Positions 24,146-37,801 are shown, counted from the first letter of the whole stretch. The stretch is 63,943 bases of DNA, filler included, from Octopus bimaculoides (GCF_001194135.2; 7 parts of 7 records of this genome joined end to end with filler, not necessarily neighbours in it), one strand, 5' to 3'. Program-made: numbers and translations. The notes: generated by a model not told the origin, from the sequence alone.

Positions 24146-24526
24146 TNNNNNNNNNNNNNNNNNNNNNNNNNNNNNNNNNNNNNNNNNNNNNNNNNNNNNN
24201 NNNNNNNNNNNNNNNNNNNNNNNNNNNNNNNNNNNNNNNNNNNNNNNNNNNNNNNNNNNNNNNNNNNNNNNNNNNNNNNNNNNNNNNNNNNNNNNNNNNN
24301 NNNNNNNNNNNNNNNNNNNNNNNNNNNNNNNNNNNNNNNNNNNNNNNNNNNNNNNNNNNNNNNNNNNNNNNNNNNNNNNNNNNNNNNNNNNNNNNNNNNN
24401 NNNNNNNNNNNNNNNNNNNNNNNNNNNNNNNNNNNNNNNNNNNNNNNNNNNNNNNNNNNNNNNNNNNNNNNNNNNNNNNNNNNNNNNNNNNNNNNNNNNN
24501 NNNNNNNNNNNNNNNNNNNNNNNNNN

Positions 24527-24587
<61 letters not shown>

Positions 24588-24613
24588 GTAGATAGATAGA
24601 TAGGTAGATAGAT

Positions 24614-24650
<37 letters not shown>
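23200..24650. repeat. Purine-rich low-complexity block with (GATA)n, (CATA)n and (AAT)n arrays
   Basis: Visible directly in the sequence. Confidence 0.95.
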
Positions 24651-25599
24651 AAAATGGAAAGCAAAATGAAGTAAGATAAAATAAAAACATTGAAATAATT
24701 TCATTGAAAAGTAAATATCATTTTTCATCTTGATATAATATATTTTTTTTCTCTCTCTTCTGCTCGAGGTAGCCTGTCTGTTTGTTCAAGGTTTTCAAAA
24801 AAATACTTTCGTTTTACCTAAGAAAGAAATTTAAAACGGAGGGAAACATTTCAAAAATCTGCTGCAGAAATTATTAAAGAATTTCAATGAAATCTCTGCA
24901 GAAAATAAATACACGACTTCTGCTGTAAGAATCTTGAAGAATTGTTCTAGTTTTTGATGTATTTCTTTTCTTTTTTTTTTCTTTTTTTTTCAAAAATATA
25001 TATGTATGGAAGGACTGTTGTTAAGGATCAAAGTGGGAACAATTATATTTCGAATATTTTAGAGATGAATGCTGGGAAATTGAAAATTCGAAGAAAGATT
25101 CAGCTGCCGTAGTTTAGACTCTAAATTTTGCAAAAGATTGTCGACATGGTACAGAGACACACAAATATATGCACAGACTACTATCTACGAACCGATGTAT
25201 CTATATGATTTTATATATGTATCTGTGCGTAGACACACACATATCTTATACAAATACACACATACGTGTATATGTGTGTGTGTGTATCTATGTATATGTA
25301 TGAATATATGTATGTATATGTGTATATATATGTATATATATATATATATGTACACGTATTTTTATATGTATATTATTTATACACACATACTTTTATACAA
25401 ATATACGTTTTTGTCACAGGCTCATACATATACATGTGTCCTCCTCCTTCTCCTCCTCTTCTTCTTCCCCCTCCACTTCATCACCATTATCATTAGCACT
25501 TCTCGGTGTCGAGAATCTGATTCTATTGAATTTATAATCCATGTGTTCTAAGATGGCTGCGTGAGCCTATTTTTTGACAGAAAAAACACTAAAGACAAG

Positions 25600-26330
25600 A
25601 ACATAAAATGTGGATCTCAGCTGGATCTAAAAGTCCTTGTTATTTCTATGCTTCCCTCCGTCAACATCTCCGTTTCTCAAATTCCTCTTTAAGTTTACTT
25701 TCAAGTCTCGTCCAACGTGACATTTATCCCCCTCCACTCAGAACTAACGGTTCAATACAGCGACTGTTCCCAAGGAAACATCAATATTAAAAGTTTTAAA
25801 TGTTGGCTTTATCTAATTCTCGAATCGCCGCTTCGAAGCTCCAGCTGGATGCTTCCCTTCTTGTAATTTCAGAATATAAACATATTCGACCGTAGATAAT
25901 CTGACATGTCTTAAATGTGGTCAGACCATCTCACACCTTAACTCAATGTTGTTTTGTTCAAGTCTAATCAATAATTTCGTTACTCACACCATGAGTTAGC
26001 CATCGTATATGCATGCGTGGTTTGTAGCTTTGCTTAATGGACGCGTTCCAAGTTTGTTTTTGCGTCATATTGATAAAGCGTCCAGAATTCACATCCGTAT
26101 AAGAGAACAGTTACTCTGTAAACCATCAACTTCGGGCATGTCTTGAAAAACCTGCAAATGGGACATCGCAACAGGAGACTCATTTATATAGTTTTTCCGA
26201 GAGCAGCATGCACAAAATGAATACGATTTGAAATTTCATCGAAAGCCATGGCATATTTATTGTGAATACGTAAACCGAGATTATTAACTTCTTCAACATG
26301 GTGACCGAGAATTTGAATTTAAAAAGATGA
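25600..26330 (-). mobile_element. RTE (BovB-like) LINE C-terminal relic
   Basis: FDEISNRIHFVHAALG, KLMVYRVTVLLYGCEFWTLYQY..LERVH, VRWSDHI*DMSD. Confidence 0.7.
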
Positions 26331-26929
26331 TGTTTTATGGCCACACGCCTTTGGTGATTGCAGACGATCGTGATTTTGAGTATCAACTTCTAGATCAGAG
26401 ACCTTTATAAACATCCAGAAATATGACATAGCGAAAGATTTAAAACCCTATACTCTCCGACGCAGTCATCATTAGCATATTGATACTCAGAAGATTTATA
26501 ATCATTGGTTTTTCCAGCTGTTTTGTGTCTCCAAAAAATGAAAACGCTCTCATTCTAAAGATTTGGTATTAAAATTCTGGTAAGGGTTTATAATATTGAT
26601 TCTTGCATAGCTGTAAGGTATAGATTTAAAAAGGCAGGGGCAAGAAAATCACTGAGTTTAACTTCTATTCAATAGGGAAATATAGGAAAAGTTTTTCCTA
26701 GCACAGTGACCTGTTACGTATTTCGCCCAGACTCAGAACTTTCCAGAAGCGAGGCAAATATGCCAAAGTACTCAAGAACATTCCATTTGGAACAGAATCG
26801 AAAGATTTTTTGACAGGATAATAAATATTATATATATGTATATATATATATATATATATATGCATACATGCATATATATATATATGCATGCATATATACA
26901 TACGTATATATACATACTTACATCTATAC

Positions 26930-26978
<49 letters not shown>

Positions 26979-27261
26979 TATGTGGGCACAGGACGTCATG
27001 AAACGTGTACAACAAAAAAATCCTAAGTACGAAGACATGGAATATGAACTATTTTTTCGAACAACGAAAGACAAATGGAAAACAAGACAAATAGCATAAA
27101 GAACGACCTTTCATAAGCTGTTGGCTGTTTTTCTACTCTATATACATACACACACATATACATACACACATACATATACAAATATATAAGTAATAAAAAA
27201 GTAAAGCTCCTTCCCGGGTTATGTAAACTCAAGGACTGGTTTCTCTGTCTCTCTCTCTCTT

Positions 27262-27309
<48 letters not shown>

Positions 27310-27479
27310 CCCTGTCTCTCTTTAAGACTGTTTTACCTCTTTGAACACTTGATTACACTTCAGCAGATTCGATTTCGTTTGGCTGTTTCCCTAGAAGACG
27401 GAAAAGCGGTCGACCTCACACTTTTGTGCAAGTGTTAGGCTCACATCACATTTAAGCATTGAGAATCATGTAGAAGGCT

Positions 27480-27790
27480 TCAGTCAGTGTAATCATTTTT
27501 GCCAGCTGAGTGGACTGGAACAACGTGAAATGAAGTGTTTTGCTCAAGAACATAAACCGTCGCCCGATCCAGGAATCGAAACCAAAATCTTATGAGTATG
27601 AGTCCATCCACTAAGCCACGCGCCAATGGAAGAATAACTCGATTATATCAACTCCAGCAATTCCTTAGTACTTGTTTTATCGATTCTGAAAGGATGAAAG
27701 GCAAAGTCGACTTCGGCAGAATTTGAACTTAGAAGCCAAAGCAAGAAGAAATGCTGCTAACCTCCGTGCTAACGGTTCTGCCAGCTCATC
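27480..27790 (-). mobile_element. SINE C head (27480-27625) followed by SINE B (27650-27790)
   Basis: Motifs shared with the other C and B copies. Confidence 0.75.
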
Positions 27791-28039
27791 ATTTTAAATG
27801 TGAACGAAAGCAAGCCAACCACCAGAACATTAATATTGATATTGCCGCCAATTATAATGATGTATGTGTTTTCTGATTCTACAGTTTGCAGAATAAGACT
27901 TCTAAGAATGGATGAGTAGTATATCGAATTAGGTAAATCTACAGTTAGGTTTATCTTCAATACTATTAAACAACACTGCTCTAATACAAAACTATTGCGT
28001 TAAGATTGCTACTTGTCTAAATTTCTGTATTTGTAAGAT

Positions 28040-28610
28040 CGAATATGGCTTTGATGACTATAGCCACTTTGATGACTCTAGCCACTTTGCTTTTGACTGG
28101 ATTGATTAGCCTGCATTTAGGGTTCAATATTAAGTTATCCTTATGATCTTTCAGCGTTAAATATGGCTTTACGTGCACTGAGGTCTTCTTTAAGAGTCTC
28201 TATGTTTAACTGTGTGCCTAAGACCTTCGACTCCTCGTTAAATATGTTTGTATACCCAGCTCGCTTTTCATTGGAATAGCTTTGATGGCTATAAGCTCCT
28301 CGCTTTTTACTAGATTGATTAGCCTGTGTTTAGGGTTCAATATTAAATTACCCTTATGATTCTTTTGCGTTAAATATAGTTTACGTACACTGAGGCGATC
28401 TATACATACCCTGTATATTCCACTGCGTGCTTAAGTCTTTCGACCCTTCGTTAAACATGCTTGTTTACCCAGCTGGATTAATCAACCGACATTTATATTC
28501 AACAATGAAAATATCTATATGATCCATTAGCGCTAAATATGTGGTCAAAGGGGTTTTATACGATCTTATGTGTTTAACTTTGTGTCAAAGACATGTACCT
28601 CATTGTTAAT
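28040..28610. repeat. Degenerate tandem triplication with a unit of about 210 bp
   Basis: gattgattagcctg...tttagggttcaatattaa at 28100 and 28313; decayed third copy from 28476. Confidence 0.8.
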
Positions 28611-28689
28611 TGTGTGGTATAGATATATATTTTTGTCTATCAATCAGGTGTGGTTGTGTGGTAGGAATAAAGTTTGAGGATGAAGATAA

Positions 28690-28870
28690 ATGGAGAAGAA
28701 AGCTTCACACAGTCGCATCGACCCCCAATGCTTAACTAGTACTTATTTTATCGACCCTGAGAAGATAAAAAGCAGGTCGACGACGGAATATGAAGCCAGG
28801 ACGTAAATGCGGCCAAAGTGCCGTTAAGCATTTTGCCCGGCGTACTAACGATTCTGCCAGCTCACCGACT
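28690..28870 (-). mobile_element. SINE family B
   Basis: acgattctgccagctcaccg head in reverse, plus the core. Confidence 0.8.
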
Positions 28871-29015
28871 TGATCTTTTAACGTATATTGAAAGTTAAAA
28901 GTACGTATATCGAAATCAAATTTTATTTTGTAAGCTTAAGTCATCTCAGCCTTTTTGTGCGGGTGTGAGTGTGTGTGTGTGTGTGTATGTGTGTGTAAAT
29001 ATATGGCTTTCTATA

Positions 29016-29198
29016 TGCGAGGGGACGCTGAGAAGTTCCTAGCTTTAAGGGTACCGTGAAAGGCCTGATTCTTTTACAGGACTTGGAAAAAATGAAGGAC
29101 CTCTGCAATAAATGTGTGAATCTGAGAAGGGACTAGGTTGAATAAAATCATAACTAACTGATCCTCCTACATTTTCTTTAACTCCAGCAGCTCATCGT
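29016..29198 (+). mobile_element. Mariner-derived MITE
   Basis: cgaggggacgctgagaagttcct terminus; retains the last codons DLEKMKDLCNKCVNLRRD*VE*; sister copy at 35468-35685. Confidence 0.75.
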
Positions 29199-29226
29199 AT
29201 ATACATACACGCACACACACACACAC

Positions 29227-29287
<61 letters not shown>

Positions 29288-30069
29288 NNNNNNNNNNNNN
29301 NNNNNNNNNNNNNNNNNNNNNNNNNNNNNNNTTAATTAATTAANNNNNNNNNNNNNNNNNNNNNNNNNNNNNNNNNNNNNNNNNNNNAGGGAGAGGAAGA
29401 GGGACAGAGAGATACGGGGTAGAGCAAATCTTCTTCTAGGCACTCTGCAATGAGTTTGAAACCAGGACTATTTAACTTCGAAATTCATAAACCCACAACC
29501 ATACAGAAAGCTCAGATAAGTTACATATTATATATTATATATGGATTTCCTTAATAAGATATATTATATATGAATTGACTATCATTTTTTAGAATATATT
29601 GAGATGAAAGAAATGTAGATGGATTATTAATGGCAATAAATAATATATGAGAAAATCATTAGCCTCATTTAGACAGTGAACATACACCTTTTGTGTTTGT
29701 CTGTTTATGATTTTGTTTGTTATTGATATACTAAGTTATTACAATAAAGTGTGATATATTAGATCAATTTCTATTTCTAGCTTCAGCAGTGTAAATCAAA
29801 TAATATATAACAGATATATCAAAGGTAACTTTTTCTCAGGCGAATCCACACTTCACCCTTAAAGCCAACAAATATATTGCCGAGCCCTTTCATCTGCCCG
29901 CTACTTACAGAGCCATAAGCAAACATCTGTTTTGCAGTGTGCGAAATATGCTGCTATTTATATCTACTATAAACAAAGCGACGATGACAGTTTTGAACTG
30001 ATGTTTTATCAGGGGTGAATATTGTACGCTATTTTCTCGACCTTAAAATAACGTAAATAGTTATTGCAA

Positions 30070-30875
30070 ATTTTGTGACAAAGCTAGTAATTTTGAGGAG
30101 AGGGAAGTCGATTAAATTGAAGCTATTCTCCAACCGCTACGTATTTTATCGGTCACTAAATGATGAAAATGCAATCTGACCTCATCGGGATTTGAACCCA
30201 GAGAATAAACAACTGGAAAAGCAATCATGACCCTGTCCTACGCAGAAATTCTTCTACTACTCAACTTTTCCAAGTTTCGCACAACCCTATCCATATAGGT
30301 TTCATGGCCAGCTCTTTCACTTAAGGGGTTAAGTGGATTAGAGCAACTCTAGTGTTCAACTGGCAATTATTTTATCTACTTCGAATGGATGAAAGACAAA
30401 GTCGACGTCGACGGAGTTTGAACTCAGAATGTAAAAGAGGATGAAATGCCGCTAAGCATTTTTCCCGGCGTGCTGACGGGTCTGCCATCTCACCGCCTTT
30501 CAAAGCTATGAATCTTAAGGGAAAGGAAGGCAGTGACTTTGGAAAAATCGATAGCACGTTTGACAAAATGCTTAACGGTATGTCGTCCAATTTTACGTTC
30601 TAAATTCATATTCCGCTGGGATTGACTTTGCCTTTCTCCCTTTCAAGTTCGATAAAATAAACACCAGTTGATGTAATCGACCCCAGTTTTGCTGGCCTTG
30701 TGTCAAAAGTTGAAATGAACATTAAGGGAGAGGAAGGCAGTGATCTGGCAGAATCGTTAGCGCGGCAAGTAAAATGCCTACCGGCATTTCGTCCGCCTTT
30801 ATGTTCCGAGTTCAAATTTGCCTGGGTTCGATTTCATCCTTTCTATGTCGATAAGATAAGAAGCAGTTAAACACA
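30070..30875. mobile_element. Cluster of four SINE family B copies (two minus, then two plus)
   Basis: Heads and cores at about 30070-30200 (-), 30330-30500 (-), 30520-30720 (+) and 30735-30875 (+). Confidence 0.8.
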
Positions 30876-31841
30876 NNNNNNNNNNNNNNNNNNNNNNNNN
30901 NNNNNNNNNNNNNNNNNNNNNNNNNNNNNNNNNNNNNNNNNNNNNNNNNNNNNNNNNNNNNNNNNNNNNNNNNNNNNNNNNNNNNNNNNNNNNNNNNNNN
31001 NNNNNNNNNNNNNNNNNNNNNNNNNNNNNNNNNNNNNNNNNNNNNNNNNNNNNNNNNNNNNNNNNNNNNNNNNNNNNNNNNNNNNNNNNNNNNNNNNNNN
31101 NNNNNNNNNNNNNNNNNNNNNNNNNNNNNNNNNNNNNNNNNNNNNNNNNNNNNNNNNNNNNNNNNNNNNNNNNNNNNNNNNNNNNNNNNNNNNNNNNNNN
31201 NNNNNNNNNNNNNNNNNNNNNNNNNNNNNNNNNNNNNNNNNNNNNNNNNNNNNNNNNNNNNNNNNNNNNNNNNNNNNNNNNNNNNNNNNNNNNNNNNNNN
31301 NNNNNNNNNNNNNNNNNNNNNNNNNNNNNNNNNNNNNNNNNNNNNNNNNNNNNNNNNNNNNNNNNNNNNNNNNNNNNNNNNNNNNNNNNNNNNNNNNNNN
31401 NNNNNNNNNNNNNNNNNNNNNNNNNNNNNNNNNNNNNNNNNNNNNNNNNNNNNNNNNNNNNNNNNNNNNNNNNNNNNNNNNNNNNNNNNNNNNNNNNNNN
31501 NNNNNNNNNNNNNNNNNNNNNNNNNNNNNNNNNNNNNNNNNNNNNNNNNNNNNNNNNNNNNNNNNNNNNNNNNNNNNNNNNNNNNNNNNNNNNNNNNNNN
31601 NNNNNNNNNNNNNNNNNNNNNNNNNNNNNNNNNNNNNNNNNNNNNNNNNNNNNNNNNNNNNNNNNNNNNNNNNNNNNNNNNNNNNNNNNNNNNNNNNNNN
31701 NNNNNNNNNNNNNNNNNNNNNNNNNNNNNNNNNNNNNNNNNNNNNNNNNNNNNNNNNNNNNNNNNNNNNNNNNNNNNNNNNNNNNNNNNNNNNNNNNNNN
31801 NNNNNNNNNNNNNNNNNNNNNNNNNNNNNNNNNNNNNNNNN

Positions 31842-32650
31842 NCATAAAATCCCATAGGATCTCTGCATTATCATTTTCGATGATGCCTTCGAGTTTATGT
31901 TCGCACCAATTTTTTGCTCTTTCAAGTCCATACTTGTTGCAAAGTGTCCAATGGACAATCCTTCATATACTGTCGTAACGCCTCTTATATTCTTTCATGG
32001 CTAGTGGCGTATATTGACTGGTAATATGCCATACGGCTTCACCATTTTGTCCACAAATTCTGCACTTATCACTTTCTGATGTGTGCCTATTCTGTATTTG
32101 ATGTAATTGGTTCTTAACGCATGCTCTTTGGCAGCACAGATTAGATCGTCTTTTTCTGGTTTTAAATAACTTTTAGTCATCAATAGCCATCTTTTTTCTC
32201 TGTCTGTCTTATCTTCACCGCTATGAAATTGTCTATGCATTCTTTTCTTTAACCACCTATATTCAGTTTCATTCATTCTCAAATCCTTCTATAGTACTTT
32301 ATCTTTGCAATCTTTTATCCTACACATGCCTGACGTTCTTATTTCCACTAATAGCGGTTCTGTGGGTTTTTTACATACCATGCGATGTTGTTTTCTTCTG
32401 CTCTAATGCTGTGTTTGCATCTAATCACTCCTCTTACCCCTCTTTTTCTTGGTACATACTGTCTGTCTGTGTCACGTTTTGGGTGGAGTATCCCATACCT
32501 AGTTAGCAACTTCCTTGCCTTTCTCCGTAAGCTGTTTAGTTCGTCTACAGTTTATGCGATTACCCCTGCTTCATGTTTAAGGAATGAAACCGCCCAGGTG
32601 TTGATAGCTTCAATCTTATTCCGTCCGTTTCATTTGTTTTGTAACGTATC
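31842..32650 (-). mobile_element. R4/Dong-clade LINE ORF relic; its 3' end lies in the gap
   Basis: NKIEAINTWAV, ILHPKRDTDRQYVPRKRG, RMHRQF, YLKPEKDDLICAAKEHALRTN, CRICGQNGEAVWHITS, IVHWTLCNKYG, ENDNAEILWDF. Confidence 0.88.
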
Positions 32651-32689
32651 TAGTTACTTGATTCCTATACCCATCATGACTACCTGTCT

Positions 32690-32880
32690 GATCTGATACA
32701 GATACACCACGCACATGTATCACTACCTTACGTGCTTAACATGGTGATCTCATATCGAGATTAACAGCACATGACCTTGCAGGTGGGGCCCAGATGGAAT
32801 TTTGTTCATGTTGAGTAGCCCATCCAGCTACAAAGATCCATGAAAATGAGTGGTTTACGTATGATGAATAAAACACTCTT
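32690..32880 (-). repeat. Interspersed repeat family E fragment
   Basis: atgaccttgcaggtggggccc is the reverse complement of gggccccacctgcaaggtca at about 60497. Confidence 0.7.
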
Positions 32881-35371
32881 ATTTCTACGAGAGGCGAATT
32901 ATCCAAATCCTGTTATAGTTAGGGCTGCCGTTAAAGCGGATGCTGAAATATAGAGATTGCTAGAATGATGCAGAGAAATAAGTTTGGCAATGTAAAAGAT
33001 ACAAATTTATAGATAGATTTACATGGGAAGAAAAGTGGTGGTATCCACTTTGGGAATTGTCTTCAGAAAATTATTTCTTCAAGATTGTTTCCTTTAAGGA
33101 TGTATTCATTTTAAAAATGAAGGAAAATTCAAAGGTAAAACATTCTTCAATTCCTAGTATCTCTTAAATTTCCTCTAATTTGCATAGCTTGTTTCCGAAT
33201 ATAGAACAGCTCTTCATTTTGTCTGGTAGCAAGCTGTGCATATAACCAATTACATTTTGCCATTTCGAATCTCACGTTAATATAAAGCTGCTGATTTCGT
33301 GAACATTTTAGATTTCATCGAATGCATTGTGCAGTATACCGCTATTCAACATATATTAAATTTCACTCAATCATTCTTGCTTCTGGTACGCTCAGTTCCT
33401 AATAGCACGTGGAAATATCATTGCTACTGAAATTGCCTCAGGAGAGAATTTCTCCTTGAGGACAATGTGTGTGGAAAAGCACACGACCGTTCCCTTTCAT
33501 ATTTCAACCAATGCTGTTTCCGCACTACTAATTAACTCCAGCTTAACTAAGCACTGCACACATCTCCAAATTTACTATTTCCTTTTAATTTATATAAAAA
33601 GGCAATTGAGCGGAGGAAACAACTACGTGCTCTATGTCTGATTACGTCATTCACGACCTAGCTTAAGGTTTTTCATACATATTGTCTACAAGGAGTTTTC
33701 TCTAATGTAGCAATTTCCGCGACGAAGGTCTTTCCACCTTTCAGTATACATGGACGTGCTAAATTATACTTGTACACACCAGTATGTCAATAAACCTGTT
33801 TCTATAGTTAATATTTCGTTTACTTGTTCGTCATGTTTTTGTTCTATTCTCATGAGGATTTGGATATTACATAAAGTATTCTAGAATAGATAGGCCAAAT
33901 TATTTTTGGATTCATATTGATGTTTGCCACATTTTAAAATATGTTTAAGGACTATTTTCTTTCGTGTATTAATTGTTCATATGCTACTATACTGATATTT
34001 TGAATACACATTTATCGCCGAAGCTCTTCAATTCAATGACCCAGGACCGATAACAAATTATAAACGAACAAAATTTAAAATAGGCTGAGGTTACAAATCT
34101 ATATGTAGTTATGTGTCTAACTAAATGTTCCAATGTGTCTGTTTACGTCATATGAATTATTATTTGTATTCCAGTACCTAATGGTGTGTTTGTATATATT
34201 TGACCATTACAACTAAAATATCTTGTAAGATATTTTGTAAGATAGACAGATAACTAGTGTGACGGCTTGAGTATTCAGCAAAATAGATTACTTTTGTCCT
34301 TTGATATTTTGAATTTAACTTTACTCAGACATAAATGTTAGAAATTTCAAACATATGTCAGCCGTAATTAACACAAGATTGGCTTTGTAGCGCCACTTAG
34401 AAAACTTATCTTGGAGACGTAAACAAAATGCTCAAATTTTCAATCAGATGAAATAAAGTTTGTTATCAATGTAAAAACAAACATGATTGTAGGATAATAA
34501 TCAAACAGCTACTAAAACTAACACTTTGATGTCTACTTGTAACTACATTATATTCATTTGCCATTATTTTTACAGAATATAAACATTAGATTATCTTTTA
34601 TGTAATGGAGACAAATAATAATATAAAGATAGATTGGCTCGTTCTTCCCTACAGATTTTGGCACATATGATTTTTCAATTTTGGAAGCTGAATCAAAATG
34701 ATGCATCGATACTGTAATATTACAGTGAAATTGTTTGTTTAATTTTAATATATGTATCATTAATATCCGTATCATATCTCACGTAAATGATGAGCATAGT
34801 TTAGATTCACAATCGAAAGACATATAAAATGGAAAATAATGATTTACTTTTAAAGATATAATCGGGATTCATAATTATTTAAATCTTACATTTGCATATA
34901 TGAAAAGATTAAACAGATATAGTAGTAATGAAGGCTATGCATAGCAAAAGAGATAAGCAACAATGAATTTCTTCCACAATTTACATTAAATGTATTTGGA
35001 GACAAATGATGCATTACTTTCAAATGTGTGGCCAAAATACGTTTTCAATTGTGTTATATTTCGCTATTCAACTCGCACATTTGTAGTTTTCTCAGTGTTT
35101 ATGCAATCCAAAGATTCGGTGCATATATTGACAAATCAATGACCAGAGAGCTTAACACCAAATATAAAATAGGTTCTGACAATTCCAAGAAAATATGTGA
35201 GCAGGATTACTCTTGGATAAACATGTTTTTATAATGCAAACTGGTCGAAAGTTCGAAGCTACTCTCATTAATATTCTTCTTCAGGAATATATCTCTCTAC
35301 CTCTCTCCCTCTCACACTATCCGTCTGTCTGCTTGCCTGTTTGTTTTTCTCTCTTTTTCTCCCTCTCTCTG

Positions 35372-35411
<40 letters not shown>

Positions 35412-35467
35412 CCCACCTCTCTCTGTCTCTACACACACATTTATATATATACATATATATTTATATA

Positions 35468-35685
35468 CGAGGTGGTGATGAAGAGTTCCTGTTTTTAAGG
35501 ATGTCGCGGAAGGCCTGTTTGGAGGCACAATTTTTCGAGTTCTTTTACATGACTTAGAAAAATTGAAGAACCGCTGCCATAAGTGTGTAAATCAAAGAGT
35601 GGAATACATTGAATAAAATCATAATTAACTGATCCTCCTATATCATCTTCTACCGAAAGCCAGGAACCTTTCAACACCCCTCATG
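35468..35685 (+). mobile_element. Mariner-derived MITE
   Basis: TA-flanked TIRs cgaggtggtgatgaagagttcct / aggaacctttcaacacccctca; encodes DLEKLKNRCHKCVNQRVEYIE*, similar to the Himar1-type C-terminus. Confidence 0.8.
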
Positions 35686-36515
35686 TATATATGTATANNN
35701 NNNNNNNNNNNNNNNNNNNNNNNNNNNNNNNNNNNNNNNNNNNNNNNNNNNNNNNNNNNNNNNNNNNNNNNNNNNNNNNNNNNNNNNNNNNNNNNNNNNN
35801 NNNNNNNNNNNNNNNNNNNNNNNNNNNNNNNNNNNNNNNNNNNNNNNNNNNNNNNNNNNNNNNNNNNNNNNNNNNNNNNNNNNNNNNNNNNNNNNNNNNN
35901 NNNNNNNNNNNNNNNNNNNNNNNNNNNNNNNNNNNAAGGAACGAACGCGTGGACGTAGCACTGTATTACTAAGACGGCCACAGAAAGAAAATAGTAGTAG
36001 TTTTATATTTTGAGCATAGCTCTTCTTCGGAGACAGGAAACAAGGAAGTCCAAGACGAAGCTGAAATAAAAATCACCAACAATCACGTGCGGTTACATTT
36101 TTGAAGTGACCGGAAGTAGAAGGAAAGAAGAGTGAGTGATTTCTGGGACAGGACAGTGTGAAAGTTGTCAGTATGTGTGTGTGTGTGTGTGTTTGTGATA
36201 CCCTGTGTGTATGTGGTAGTGCGTGTGTACGTGNNNNNNNNNNGTGATACCCTGTGTGTATGTGGTAGTGCGTGTGTACGTGGTAGCGTGTGTGCGTGTG
36301 GTGATAACTGTGTGTATATGTGCTTGGTAGAGTAGGTGCGTATGGTGGTAACTGTGTGTGCGTGTGTTTTGTGTGTACGAGTGTATGTGTCTGTGTGGTA
36401 TATTCAATATCACCCGTCTTCTGTTTACTTTTCTATAGATAAGCGTATACATACATACTTACATATGTATGTATCTAGGGATATGTGTGTATATATACAT
36501 TTATGTGCGTATGTT

Positions 36516-36556
<41 letters not shown>

Positions 36557-37334
36557 TTATGTGTCTGTGTGTGTGTTCAAACATCTTTTGAAGAGAAAGA
36601 AATGAAATGTATTTTCTACAGTGATAACTGAATTGTATATTTTGATCAAATCGCCTTGATTATGTCATCTTAATATTGCTGTACACTGCGATATTTTGAC
36701 TATAATATAGAAATCAATATTTCGTATTGCTCACAAATGTATTGAATGTCGATACTGAAGTTCTTCTTCATTTTAAACTCTGGCAATAGCATAAAAACTT
36801 CACTACTCTTTCAGATGGCCAATCATCAGAAATATCATGAATATCTAATCACCACCTGTTAGCGTTATTTATTAAACTAGATTGATTATTTCTCAAATGC
36901 TGCACCCTTGTCATCGAGCATTTCATCAGTAAGCATCATCCCCCACGAGAAATCATAGAATACATTGCAATTTTAAAGAACGAATGTATGTTTTGCATTG
37001 TACATCAGTTATAAGTGGTTTTGAGATGAATTAATTGGACCTAACTTATCATGTTCGTATTGAATTGGCTTTTGAGAGGACAAAGCAGAATGCACGATGA
37101 AATGCGTTCATGAAAAAAGCATGCGGAGAAAATGTTTGTGAAAATAAAAACAAATCCGCCTGGAATTAATGGCTGCATTGTTGAAAGCTTCAGTAGCAAT
37201 AGGTATGGTGGAATTAAGAGTGGTGATGGTGAGAACGGCATTGGCAACAGAAGCAATAGGAGCAAAGATAGAGAAGTATAATCGATAATACTAACAATAA
37301 TAATTATAACAACAACTACAACAGCAACAACAAC

Positions 37335-37366
<32 letters not shown>

Positions 37367-37387
37367 TAATAATAATAATAATTATAA

Positions 37388-37580
37388 TAATGTTGTTGGC
37401 ACTCCGTCGCTTACGACGTCGAGGGTTCCAGTTGATCCAATCAACGGAACAGCCTGCTCGTGAAATTAACGTGCAAGTGACTGAGCACTCCACAGACACG
37501 TGTACCCTTAACATAGTTCTCGGGGATATTCAGCGTGACACAGAGTGACAAGGCTGACCCTTTGAATTACAGGCACAACT
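37388..37580 (-). mobile_element. 5'-truncated SINE resembling, from memory, the cephalopod Ceph-domain SINEs
   Basis: aacggaacagcctgctcgtgaaattaacgtgcaagtgactgagcactccacagacacgtgtaccc between (AAT)n/(AAC)n tracts; the family assignment is unverified. Confidence 0.5.
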
Positions 37581-37725
37581 GAAACAACAACAATAATAAT
37601 AATAACAACGACAACAACAATAATAATAATAATAATATTTACGTTTGTCGCAATTTGAATTTAACATCTGAGAGCGTCTCATAAAGCGAGATTTATATAT
37701 CTTAATTTGCAGAGGAATTTGTAGT

Positions 37726-37801
37726 GGGTAGTTTAGCTTAATCGGTCAAAGCATCGTGTCATGTAATCACGGGGATGTGAGTTCGAGTCCACAGCTAGCC
37801 A
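37726..37801 (+). pseudogene. tRNA-like sequence (Thr UGU-like), probably non-functional
   Basis: D-arm gctt/aagc, anticodon arm cgtg/cacg with loop catgtaa, T-loop gttcgagt, mismatched acceptor stem. Confidence 0.55.

Noticed and set aside
33432-33466. Small hairpin attgcctcaggagagaatttctccttgaggacaat
   Set aside because: Single short stem with no known RNA motif (not an IRE loop) and no context.
36060-36125. Promoter-like CACGTG and CCGGAAGT motifs
   Set aside because: Short motifs expected by chance, next to a gap, with no linked exon.
36195-36282. 39-bp direct repeat around a 10-N gap
   Set aside because: An exact duplication on both sides of a minimal gap is typical of unmerged overlapping contig ends.
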